Positions 6,916-14,035 of a stretch of DNA of 24,287 nucleotides are shown here, piece after piece (positions within the stretch are counted from its first letter, which is position 1; every line of letters begins with the position of its first letter). The stretch covers positions 1-24,287 of IMG/VR virus record IMGVR_UViG_3300037470_000174. One strand, 5' to 3'. The notes beneath the pieces are model-generated. The model did no database searches. It had not been told where the DNA came from and saw only the letters and a program-made list of their open reading frames with translations. A program made the position numbers and the translations under genes. Origin of the DNA: a virus (Duplodnaviria; Caudoviricetes).

Positions 6916-8046
6916 CTAGAGTACCTTCCGAGAGTTGGCTAGCTTAGCTGCAAGTTTCTGCGCAATTGTCATAGGCTTATAAGAATCAGAGAGTGAACCA
7001 GACTGCTGAATCGGTCGGGCTTCGCCACTCCCTGAACCTAGCTCTCCTCCATCTTGGAGAAGGAGAAGTAAGTCAGTATCACTACCCTTGAACTTCTCTA
7101 TCTTAGCTGGGCGTGGGCCACCTCGGAACTCTTCCAGAACTTCCCGTACTTCTTCCAGCTTCTTAAAGAGGCAAGATGCATGGAGGGAACCAGCAGGAAT
7201 CTCAGTGTAGCAATACTCCAGTAACTCATCCACATCAGCCAAAGTCACATCACCACCAAGCACCTCATATATACCATCTTTCATGAATGCTTTAGTGATG
7301 ATATCTCGCCAGTGTTTATCTATTGTGAGTTTCCTTCCATCCTCCAGAGTTACATAGGCAGTGGGAAACTCACCTACATTAGATGCCCAGACTGCCATAA
7401 GATTTGGGAAGTCTTTAGATTCTTTCCCCTTAAGGAGAGATCCTTTGAGGCCACGAGTTATGATGGAATCTATATCAGCAGGTGAGTAAGTTCCAGTTGG
7501 GCTGCCTGCCTCGGATTCAAGTAGGAAGCTTCTGTAACTATCCCTGTTTCTTTTCTTTGCTTCCTCAGAGATAGGAGAGAATAAGATGGATACCTCAGTG
7601 TAGAGTAAATCAATCCAGTGAGGTAAGTGAGGGAGAGAGTCAGGAGTTATCCGCACCTTAGGGAGACCAAGATGCTCCTTCCCTTCTAGTTTGACTGCAA
7701 GCTTAGCCAGGCGATCAAGATACTTAGACCAGAAAGGAAGATAGGAGGTGGCTGGAGCTGGCGGGAAGTCAGGAGTTCCTTCCATTGGAAGTTTCAGAAG
7801 GAATGCAACTCCAAGCAGGTGAATTTCCTCAGTGCTTAGAAGTCCTGCGCCCCAAGCTTCCAAGTAAGTCTTAGCAAGTTGAGATGCTGAGATAGAAGGA
7901 GAGAGAAGAGGATGCGGATGAAATATTGGTGAGTTATCAAGACCTAAGCCAGACTTAGCGTGTGAGGGTATGGCTTGGCTCGAAACTCGCCCAGGATTAA
8001 ATGCTACCATGTATGAGATTCGAGATATGGGGCAAGTTACTTTCAT
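6916..8046 (-). CDS. large hypothetical protein (~376 aa)
   Basis: Long ORF; GGAG RBS before ATG 8046 (MKVTCPISRISY); no catalytic motif recognised. Confidence 0.9.
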   Translation of the reverse strand: MKVTCPISRISYMVAFNPGRVSSQAIPSHAKSGLGLDNSPIFHPHPLLSPSISASQLAKTYLEAWGAGLLSTEEIHLLGVAFLLKLPMEGTPDFPPAPATSYLPFWSKYLDRLAKLAVKLEGKEHLGLPKVRITPDSLPHLPHWIDLLYTEVSILFSPISEEAKKRNRDSYRSFLLESEAGSPTGTYSPADIDSIITRGLKGSLLKGKESKDFPNLMAVWASNVGEFPTAYVTLEDGRKLTIDKHWRDIITKAFMKDGIYEVLGGDVTLADVDELLEYCYTEIPAGSLHASCLFKKLEEVREVLEEFRGGPRPAKIEKFKGSDTDLLLLLQDGGELGSGSGEARPIQQSGSLSDSYKPMTIAQKLAAKLANSRKVL

Positions 8047-8078
8047 GTTTGTAACTCCATTCAAGACATAAAGGTTTT

Positions 8079-8309
8079 CTAGCTGGTGCGCTTGCTCAGT
8101 CTTTGAGAGACAACATACGGAAGTGGTTGAGCTGGTAAGTATCCCTTATGCTTGGTCTTACTAAAAAGAACTACCATTGCCATTCTGAGATCCTTGCAGA
8201 TATTCCAGTTATACGGTACATCTTGCCTGAATGTAAGGTAGAAGTATTGCTTATCATTCCCTACCATTGCTATGATTCTAGGTTTAGCTGAGGTAAATAG
8301 ATCATTCAT
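8079..8309 (-). CDS. hypothetical protein (~76 aa)
   Basis: AGGAG RBS before ATG 8309 (MNDLF); overlaps the upstream stop. Confidence 0.65.
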   Translation of the reverse strand: MNDLFTSAKPRIIAMVGNDKQYFYLTFRQDVPYNWNICKDLRMAMVVLFSKTKHKGYLPAQPLPYVVSQRLSKRTS

Positions 8310-8511
8310 CTTGGCCACTCCTAAGCATCTTATCAATTGCATCACAAGCCACATTCACCGCAGAGTCTAGCCTATTTGCATAGATTCTCTGGTCTGAGTC
8401 AGTTGCATTGAGTTTCATGTTAGCCGGATTGATTAGAATGGCTTCGGTACTTCCTAAGACTGCATAACCTGGAAGCCATGGTACATCATTAGGATATTTA
8501 ACTGTGATCAT
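8302..8511 (-). CDS. hypothetical protein, 69 aa
   Basis: ATGA overlap with the upstream gene; GGAG RBS. Confidence 0.65.
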   Translation of the reverse strand: MITVKYPNDVPWLPGYAVLGSTEAILINPANMKLNATDSDQRIYANRLDSAVNVACDAIDKMLRSGQDE

Positions 8512-8738
8512 TTCATTTCTCCGCTATATTTAGTAAAGTTTCTCTCATACCAGTAATCATACCCTTCTGGGCTAAAAACCCAGGCAAAGACTTCATCTAA
8601 ATAGTGTTCATCTTTGATTACAAAGTCTCTATTCTTTGCAACTCTCTCCATGTCAGCTTTTACAGCTCGACCAAGATGGTATCCCCTCTTACCTTGCTTC
8701 TTGTAGAATGCTGTGAGTTGCTTCTTGATAGTTTTCAT
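8508..8738 (-). CDS. hypothetical protein, 76 aa, with F-x-W-x3-PEG-x-DYW motif
   Basis: TAATG coupling; motif resembles small phage hypotheticals. Confidence 0.7.
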   Translation of the reverse strand: MKTIKKQLTAFYKKQGKRGYHLGRAVKADMERVAKNRDFVIKDEHYLDEVFAWVFSPEGYDYWYERNFTKYSGEMK

Positions 8739-9100
8739 TACTCTTCACCTTTATCTAAGATTGCTTGTATGTTAGCTGGCAATGGTTGCAATGAATGTGG
8801 CCAGATACTGTTTTGATATACGGCCTCTTCATAAGTCATAGTTGGTACTGGTAAATCCCCCATAAAACTAGTAGTTTCTTTAACCAAGTCAACTGCGCTA
8901 ACTTTTCCTGGCTTATTCCCGGTACTTACATAAGCTGAGCCAACTACGCCAGTTTCTGCTTTAATTTGAAGCAAACGTAATGCTGTAATTGCCTCCTTTA
9001 TCTCTTGCGAGTGCGGTTGAGGTACATACTCCCCAAGACTTGACACTATTGCGTCAATTTGTGGAAGTGTAAGATATGGGCGATACTTTGGAAGTGCCAT
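8738..9100 (-). CDS. hypothetical protein, 120 aa (MALPKYRPYLT...)
   Basis: AAGGAG RBS; tiles in the operon. Confidence 0.8.
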   Translation of the reverse strand: MALPKYRPYLTLPQIDAIVSSLGEYVPQPHSQEIKEAITALRLLQIKAETGVVGSAYVSTGNKPGKVSAVDLVKETTSFMGDLPVPTMTYEEAVYQNSIWPHSLQPLPANIQAILDKGEE

Positions 9101-9104
9101 GATT

Positions 9105-9311
9105 TTACTCCTTTGGAGTTACAAAGACTAAATCACCCTCTGTTGTAATATCTCCCTTATGACTCATTGCTGAGAGACTTACAACAAACTCATCTATTGT
9201 ATCAAAAAGCGGTGAGACTTTCTGCCATAACTTAAGTGTAGTCATTGGACCGCACTCTTTGAGTAAGTGTTTCATGAGTCTTTTGCGATATATACAACTT
9301 GAGTGGTTCAT
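9105..9311 (-). CDS. small putative winged-helix DNA-binding protein, 68 aa
   Basis: AAGGA RBS; helix-GPMT-helix...helix-KGDI-strand-turn-strand pattern typical of wHTH (by eye). Confidence 0.6.
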   Translation of the reverse strand: MNHSSCIYRKRLMKHLLKECGPMTTLKLWQKVSPLFDTIDEFVVSLSAMSHKGDITTEGDLVFVTPKE

Positions 9312-9339
9312 AAGTTACTTCCTTTTGTGTTGAGTTATG

Positions 9340-9690
9340 AGGTGGCGGGATCGTTGGGCGCGTTCACCCATAGCCCCCAGCCCACCCATGATCTCATGCG
9401 GCACCCCCTCCCGTCAAGCCCCCATGCGCATGCGTGCCTGTGCCTCTAATAAGCCCTCCCTGTAACTTGCAGCCCCCTGTAACTACCTTACCTCCCTTCT
9501 ACTCTTACCGTATATTCTGTACCCCTTTAAAAAGATAGAAAAGAAATAAATCAATATAACTAGGGGGAGTGTAGAGAGTAGTGAGAGTGTGTGTAAGTTA
9601 GTAGGCATGGGTCGATCGAAGGGGTGAGGCATGGGGGTCGGATTCGGTTTAGGTTAGGTGGGATGGGTGCGCTAGGTGCATCGGGATAGG
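9340..9690. other. putative replication origin / control region
   Basis: Noncoding; C-rich left arm, AT-rich core 9526-9561, G-rich right arm; CCCATG/CATGGG repeats inverted about the core. Confidence 0.55.
9388..9417 (-). promoter_or_regulatory. sigma70-like promoter driving the 9.3-kb leftward operon
   Basis: Minus strand TTGACG-N18-GATCAT with extended -10 TG (gcaTGaGATCAT). Confidence 0.55.
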
Positions 9691-9766
9691 CAGCCTAATG
9701 ATTCAAGCGAATGCTAATAAGAGTGAGAATCTAAATAAGAATCATTCAGGATAAAACAGGGGGCAT

Positions 9767-9799
9767 AAAAAAGCCCACCTTGCTAGTAGCGCAGTGGGC
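9767..9799 (-). terminator. Rho-independent terminator
   Basis: Minus strand GCCCAC-N15-GTGGGC-TTTTTT after the 9825 stop; insulates the origin-like region. Confidence 0.85.
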
Positions 9800-9824
9800 A
9801 TAGGTCTAGCTAGTTGTGCCGGTC

Positions 9825-10016
9825 TTACCTCAATTGAATTACCTCAGAGGGATCAAGCGTAGTCGAACCTAGTATAACGTGATTTGGAAAGCGGTATTCA
9901 TACAAGCTAATAGCGTCTTTCCGACTTCCCGCAAATATGATCGAACAGTGAGTTTCCCCTCGCTCATTCCATTGGATCATATAAGCGTTTATTTCTTCGT
10001 CATATTGATTACGCAT
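9825..10016 (-). CDS. hypothetical protein (~63 aa, MRNQYDEEINAY...)
   Basis: GGAG RBS before ATG 10016. Confidence 0.7.
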   Translation of the reverse strand: MRNQYDEEINAYMIQWNERGETHCSIIFAGSRKDAISLYEYRFPNHVILGSTTLDPSEVIQLR

Positions 10017-10041
10017 GGTAGTGACTCCAATTGATTGAGAC

Positions 10042-10689
10042 TTACAGTGCATCAGCGCTAATTGCATCCTCAACTACCTTATCATCGAATGCCTTGATAA
10101 GTGCAGCCAGTACGCCCGACAAGTCAACCTCCGAGGCGGTGAATTCCTCAAACACTGGGGAGTCTTCAGCCAGTTCACAGATTGCAGTAGCAAACTGATT
10201 GAGCCGTGCAAACATTGCAGCCCGGAAAGTCTCTTTGCGAGCATAGGTGATCCAATCAACTAGGACTGCTTGTGCAGCTTTGGCGCTAGCAACTGGAATG
10301 CCCAGCAACTCCGATGCGTGAGCAGCATAGAAAGTGGCGAAGGCAGCAGCAGTCACCTTAGTCAGAGTACGGCTGCGCTCTGCTTTAGTAGTTGCAGCCT
10401 TATATGCTTCCGCCAGAGTAAGAGACTCCAAAGAAGGCACAAACTCCCAGTTGCTTGCGTTCTCGGGCGCTGCTATCAACTCTCTCCCGTATGCCTCTAA
10501 GGCAGCATTAAGAAAGAACATCACATGCTCATGGCTTGCAGACTCTAAGTCAGCAGATGAGGCGAAGCCTTCAAAGTTCCACTTAACGTCTAGACGCTTC
10601 TGACCTACATGCTGGCCCATTGCAGGATTGAGTTCAGCTTGCTTAGCCGAAACTTTCTTGAAGAACGAACCACATTCAATAGTTTTCAT
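10042..10689 (-). CDS. ~215-aa protein, paralogue of 3184..3777
   Basis: Shared block KAERSRTLTKVTAAAFATFYAAHASELLG vs KSERS-MLTKEDLEAFATDYMAIMPEATG; both end in ADAL; start at 10689 or 10704. Confidence 0.9.
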   Translation of the reverse strand: MKTIECGSFFKKVSAKQAELNPAMGQHVGQKRLDVKWNFEGFASSADLESASHEHVMFFLNAALEAYGRELIAAPENASNWEFVPSLESLTLAEAYKAATTKAERSRTLTKVTAAAFATFYAAHASELLGIPVASAKAAQAVLVDWITYARKETFRAAMFARLNQFATAICELAEDSPVFEEFTASEVDLSGVLAALIKAFDDKVVEDAISADAL

Positions 10690-10793
10690 CACATCACCAT
10701 CCATTCAAGTTATGCACCTAAGTGCAATTGGGCGAGATTGCCCGGCATTACTAGCTCAACCTCAAACTAGTAATACCTGCCAGTCTCAAAAGC

Positions 10794-11075
10794 CTAGAAT
10801 CCCAGTAACCAACTAGACAATCCATAGTCGAGTGCGGAGTAAAGGCAGACTAAGGCAGCGCCAAAGAGCCAGCATATCAACTTATCAACTCTTGCTTGCC
10901 TAGCCTCACTGGCTGCAATGGCCGCATCTAACTTCCAAAGCATTAGATCCTTGCGCTGTGCTGGGGTAAGAGGCTTGAGAGACTGGAATGCCTCAATCCC
11001 ATATGGATAGGTGATAGCATGGCAAGCTGCCAAGCCAAGCCTTGCGCGTAAGGTAATACGATAGCGAGCGCTCAT
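10794..11075 (-). CDS. hypothetical protein with C-terminal TM segment (~93 aa)
   Basis: GGGAG RBS before ATG 11075; C-terminal LICWLFGAALVCLYSAL...WLLGF. Confidence 0.7.
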   Translation of the reverse strand: MSARYRITLRARLGLAACHAITYPYGIEAFQSLKPLTPAQRKDLMLWKLDAAIAASEARQARVDKLICWLFGAALVCLYSALDYGLSSWLLGF

Positions 11076-11077
11076 AG

Positions 11078-11167
11078 TCAAAGCTCCCAAGCAAAGTAAG
11101 CGATAACAGCAACAGTCAGACCAACTATCACAGTGGACAAGAGCATAACATCAACTGGACTGGCCAT
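11078..11167 (-). CDS. small single-TM peptide, 29 aa (MASPVDVMLLSTVIVGLTVAVIAYFAWEL)
   Basis: Manual translation; GAGGA RBS; 1 nt after the previous stop and 2 nt before the next start. Confidence 0.65.
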   Translation of the reverse strand: MASPVDVMLLSTVIVGLTVAVIAYFAWEL

Positions 11168-11168
11168 A

Positions 11169-11234
11169 TCAGCATTCCTCACACTGGGAAAGGTAGACGG
11201 TAAACACTACAACGACAACATAGAAAGCAATCAT
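11169..11234 (-). CDS. small hydrophobic peptide, 21 aa (MIAFYVVVVVFTVYLSQCEEC)
   Basis: Manual translation; GGAGGT RBS directly upstream of the ATG. Confidence 0.6.
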   Translation of the reverse strand: MIAFYVVVVVFTVYLSQCEEC

Positions 11235-11268
11235 GGTAACCTCCAAACATCCTAGACAAGAGAACCTG

Positions 11269-11296
11269 AAAAGGGGGAAAAGACCTAACTCCCCCC
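11269..11296 (-). terminator. terminator-like hairpin
   Basis: Minus strand GGGGGA-N11-TCCCCC-TTTT after the 11310 stop. Confidence 0.5.
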
Positions 11297-11309
11297 ATTC
11301 AAGTGAGTT

Positions 11310-11465
11310 TCAGTCCAAAGAACCATAAGCAAGTAAGCAATAGGGCGCAGCCTCATCCACAGAGTATTGGATAGCAAGCTGCAAGTTGTTGAAGTCGCTA
11401 CCTATCTCAACCCAGCGCAATGCGCCAAGGGTGCTAAAGTGGCAAAGAACAAAAAGAGTCTTCAT
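11310..11465 (-). CDS. hypothetical protein (~51 aa, MKTLFVLCHF...), first gene of the leftward arm
   Basis: GAGGA RBS before ATG 11465. Confidence 0.55.
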   Translation of the reverse strand: MKTLFVLCHFSTLGALRWVEIGSDFNNLQLAIQYSVDEAAPYCLLAYGSLD

Positions 11466-11753
11466 TGCTGCTATCCTCAGTGGCTTGGTTGAATGAAACG
11501 GTGGAACTAACCTAAATATAGCACACAATGCAAGTAATAGGAGAAAATAAATGACTAGCCGACAAGCGGTAACTACCCAAGCCAGACCAAGCAACTGGGC
11601 AAGGCACTAGCAGAAAACAGAAGGCCGGGGGGTAGACCCTTTTTAGTTCTCTCGACCTGGTTATCTCCTAGAGAACCTCACAGATTTTCCTAAATTTTTT
11701 CAGCATTACCCACCTTATTAGTGTGATTTAACTATCTTTCATAATCTTTCCAT

Positions 11754-11782
11754 CCCCACAGACCTGCAAAGGGCGCTATAAT
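11754..11782 (+). promoter_or_regulatory. late-arm promoter: CCCCAC-N17-TATAAT
   Basis: CGCTATAAT ~75 nt upstream of terS; same architecture as 3858..3887. Confidence 0.6.
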
Positions 11783-11855
11783 ACGCGCGCGAGGCCAGTT
11801 TCCTGCCCCCATTTTTCCCTTTTGCCTCACTCTCCCTCTATATAAAGGTGGCCCC

Positions 11856-12491
11856 ATGAGCCAGACATCTACAATTGAGGACAAAGCCTTAGTTATGCTA
11901 GGTTCTGGTACCCCAGTTAATGTGGTTGCCTCAGCCTTGGGAGTTACAGAGTCTAGAATCTCCCAGATGCTCGCAGTAGAAGAGTTTGCTAAGGCAGTAG
12001 CTGAGCTTAAGTTCAAGAATCTCACCAAACAAACTGACTTGGATGACCAATATACTGATTTAGAGAGTGAGCTTCTCACTAAGTTTCGGAAAGCCATGCC
12101 ACTTATGACTAACCCTAGAGAGATTGCAGCCGCTCTTAACATAATTAACGGGACTAAGCGCCGTGGTGCTCAAATCATGGACCCTGCATCCCAACAAACT
12201 CGCATTGTTAACCTCACTATCCCAATTAGCATTGCTCACAAGTTCATCTCAAACGTAAATAATCAAGTTGTGGAGGTACATGATGAGTCAGGAAACGCAA
12301 GTTCCCTCGTCACAGCCTCATCCTCAAGTCTCGATCGTCTCTCAAGCGAAGTACTCGGGAATAAAGAAGATGACCCATCCAAAAGACTCCAGCTCGGAAG
12401 TGACTCAGAAGCTTTATCAGCAAGACTTGCAGCGAGCAAACTCGTTGAAAGAGCAACTTCTGAACCAATTGAACTCAAAGACTTTCTTTAG
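11856..12491 (+). CDS. terS: terminase small subunit (N-terminal HTH)
   Basis: HTH VNVVASALGVTESRISQML followed by a coiled region; directly upstream of terL. Confidence 0.75.
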   Translation: MSQTSTIEDKALVMLGSGTPVNVVASALGVTESRISQMLAVEEFAKAVAELKFKNLTKQTDLDDQYTDLESELLTKFRKAMPLMTNPREIAAALNIINGTKRRGAQIMDPASQQTRIVNLTIPISIAHKFISNVNNQVVEVHDESGNASSLVTASSSSLDRLSSEVLGNKEDDPSKRLQLGSDSEALSARLAASKLVERATSEPIELKDFL

Positions 12492-12532
12492 TCTTACTGT
12501 CACAAGAGAAGTAGTCAAAGAGGTTAAATCCC

Positions 12533-14020
12533 ATGACTGAACTCTTCGATGCCAGCTTTGACTTAGAGGAAGTTGCCAGTCTTGCTAAGGTTGACCCAGA
12601 TTTCATGGCTGCCTTAGCTATGCCAGAGGTATTTGAGTATGCCTGGCCCCCAGTGTTTAAGGCTGTGTGGGCTTGGCTACTTGAGACAGTGGGAAAGGAG
12701 CGGGATTTCTCCAATTTAGCTCTAGGTCTTCCCAGAGGTTTTGGCAAGTCCACAGTAATTAAACTCTTTATCCTTTATTGCATCCTCTTCACAAATCGCC
12801 AGTTCATTCTGGTCATGGCTGAGACTGCAACCAAGGCAGAGAACATAATCTCAGACGTCTTTGATATGCTGGATGAGCTTAATATCAAGACAGTCTTCGG
12901 AGATTGGCGACTCGGGGTAGAGAAGGACACAAACTCAACTAAGAAGTTTGGCTTTCGTGGCAGGAACATCATAGTTGCAGCACTTGGTGCAGGTGGCTCG
13001 GTTCGTGGACTTAACCTTAAGAACCAGCGCCCAGATGTAATGATATTTGACGATGTGCAAAGTAGGGAAGATGCAGACTCTCTTGAGGTTTCTGAGAAGC
13101 TCTATAAGTGGCTACTTGGTACTGCACTTAAAGCCAAGTCTCCCAAAGGTTGTATGAACCTCTTTATTGCTAACATGTATCCTACACCCCATTCCATCCT
13201 TAAGAAGCTCAAGGGGAATAAATACTGGACTAAGTTCATTGCTGGTGGTATCTTGGCAGATGGCACTTCCTTGTGGGAGCAGCTTCAGCCAATTGCACAG
13301 CTTATGATTGAGTATCGGCGGGACTTAGAGTCAGGGCATCCTGAAATCTTCCACGCTGAGGTACTTAATGATGAGAACGCCTCACTGAATAACTTGGTTG
13401 ATATTTCTAGGGTGCCTGAGTATCCTTACCAAGACGATGATGTTCATGCAGGGAATTATATAATCATCGACCCTGCCACAGATAAGGCGAATGCGGATGC
13501 TGTCTCGCTTGGGTACTTTGAGATCCATGAAGGTGAGCCCTGCGCTCGTGAGTTAGTAGAGGGTAGGTTCTCTCCTGCTGACACTATCAAGGAAGCGATT
13601 AAGCTCTGCTCTAAGTGGAACTGCGCCCTTGTGGTAATTGAAGCTAACTCATATCAATACACCCTTAAGTTCTGGTCTGAGGAGATATGCAGGCAGATGG
13701 GGATTATTGGTATCACCTTTATTGATATTTACTCTGGTAAGCTATCCAAGAATAGCAGGATCCTTACCATGTTTAAGGGCTACACTGCTGGTGAGATTCG
13801 GTGCCACCCAACTTGCAAGTCTCAGTTCCACTCACAGATACAAGGATTTAACCCGCTGAAGACAAGCAACGTGGATGGTATCCTCGACCTCTTTACTTAT
13901 GCCCCTAGGGTACTTGAGGAGTTCGCTGATCTCATAGCAATTAATACCATCGAGGGCAGGCAAGAGTTTGAGGCCATGTCCAGAGAAAGCTACACTGACC
14001 AAGATAACTCCCCATTCTGA
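12533..14020 (+). CDS. terL: terminase large subunit
   Basis: Walker A LPRGFGKST, Walker B VMIFDDVQ, RGLN..NQRPD, RNase H-like IIIDPA and VVIEAN. Confidence 0.95.
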   Translation: MTELFDASFDLEEVASLAKVDPDFMAALAMPEVFEYAWPPVFKAVWAWLLETVGKERDFSNLALGLPRGFGKSTVIKLFILYCILFTNRQFILVMAETATKAENIISDVFDMLDELNIKTVFGDWRLGVEKDTNSTKKFGFRGRNIIVAALGAGGSVRGLNLKNQRPDVMIFDDVQSREDADSLEVSEKLYKWLLGTALKAKSPKGCMNLFIANMYPTPHSILKKLKGNKYWTKFIAGGILADGTSLWEQLQPIAQLMIEYRRDLESGHPEIFHAEVLNDENASLNNLVDISRVPEYPYQDDDVHAGNYIIIDPATDKANADAVSLGYFEIHEGEPCARELVEGRFSPADTIKEAIKLCSKWNCALVVIEANSYQYTLKFWSEEICRQMGIIGITFIDIYSGKLSKNSRILTMFKGYTAGEIRCHPTCKSQFHSQIQGFNPLKTSNVDGILDLFTYAPRVLEEFADLIAINTIEGRQEFEAMSRESYTDQDNSPF

Positions 14021-14035
14021 TAGAGGTAATCCCTG

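Noticed and set aside
11500-11570. sigma70 promoter for the leftward arm (TTGCAT / TATATT / TTGTCG)
   Set aside because: Elements are present but none pair at 16-18 bp spacing with a good -10; a promoter is likely nearby but I cannot place it
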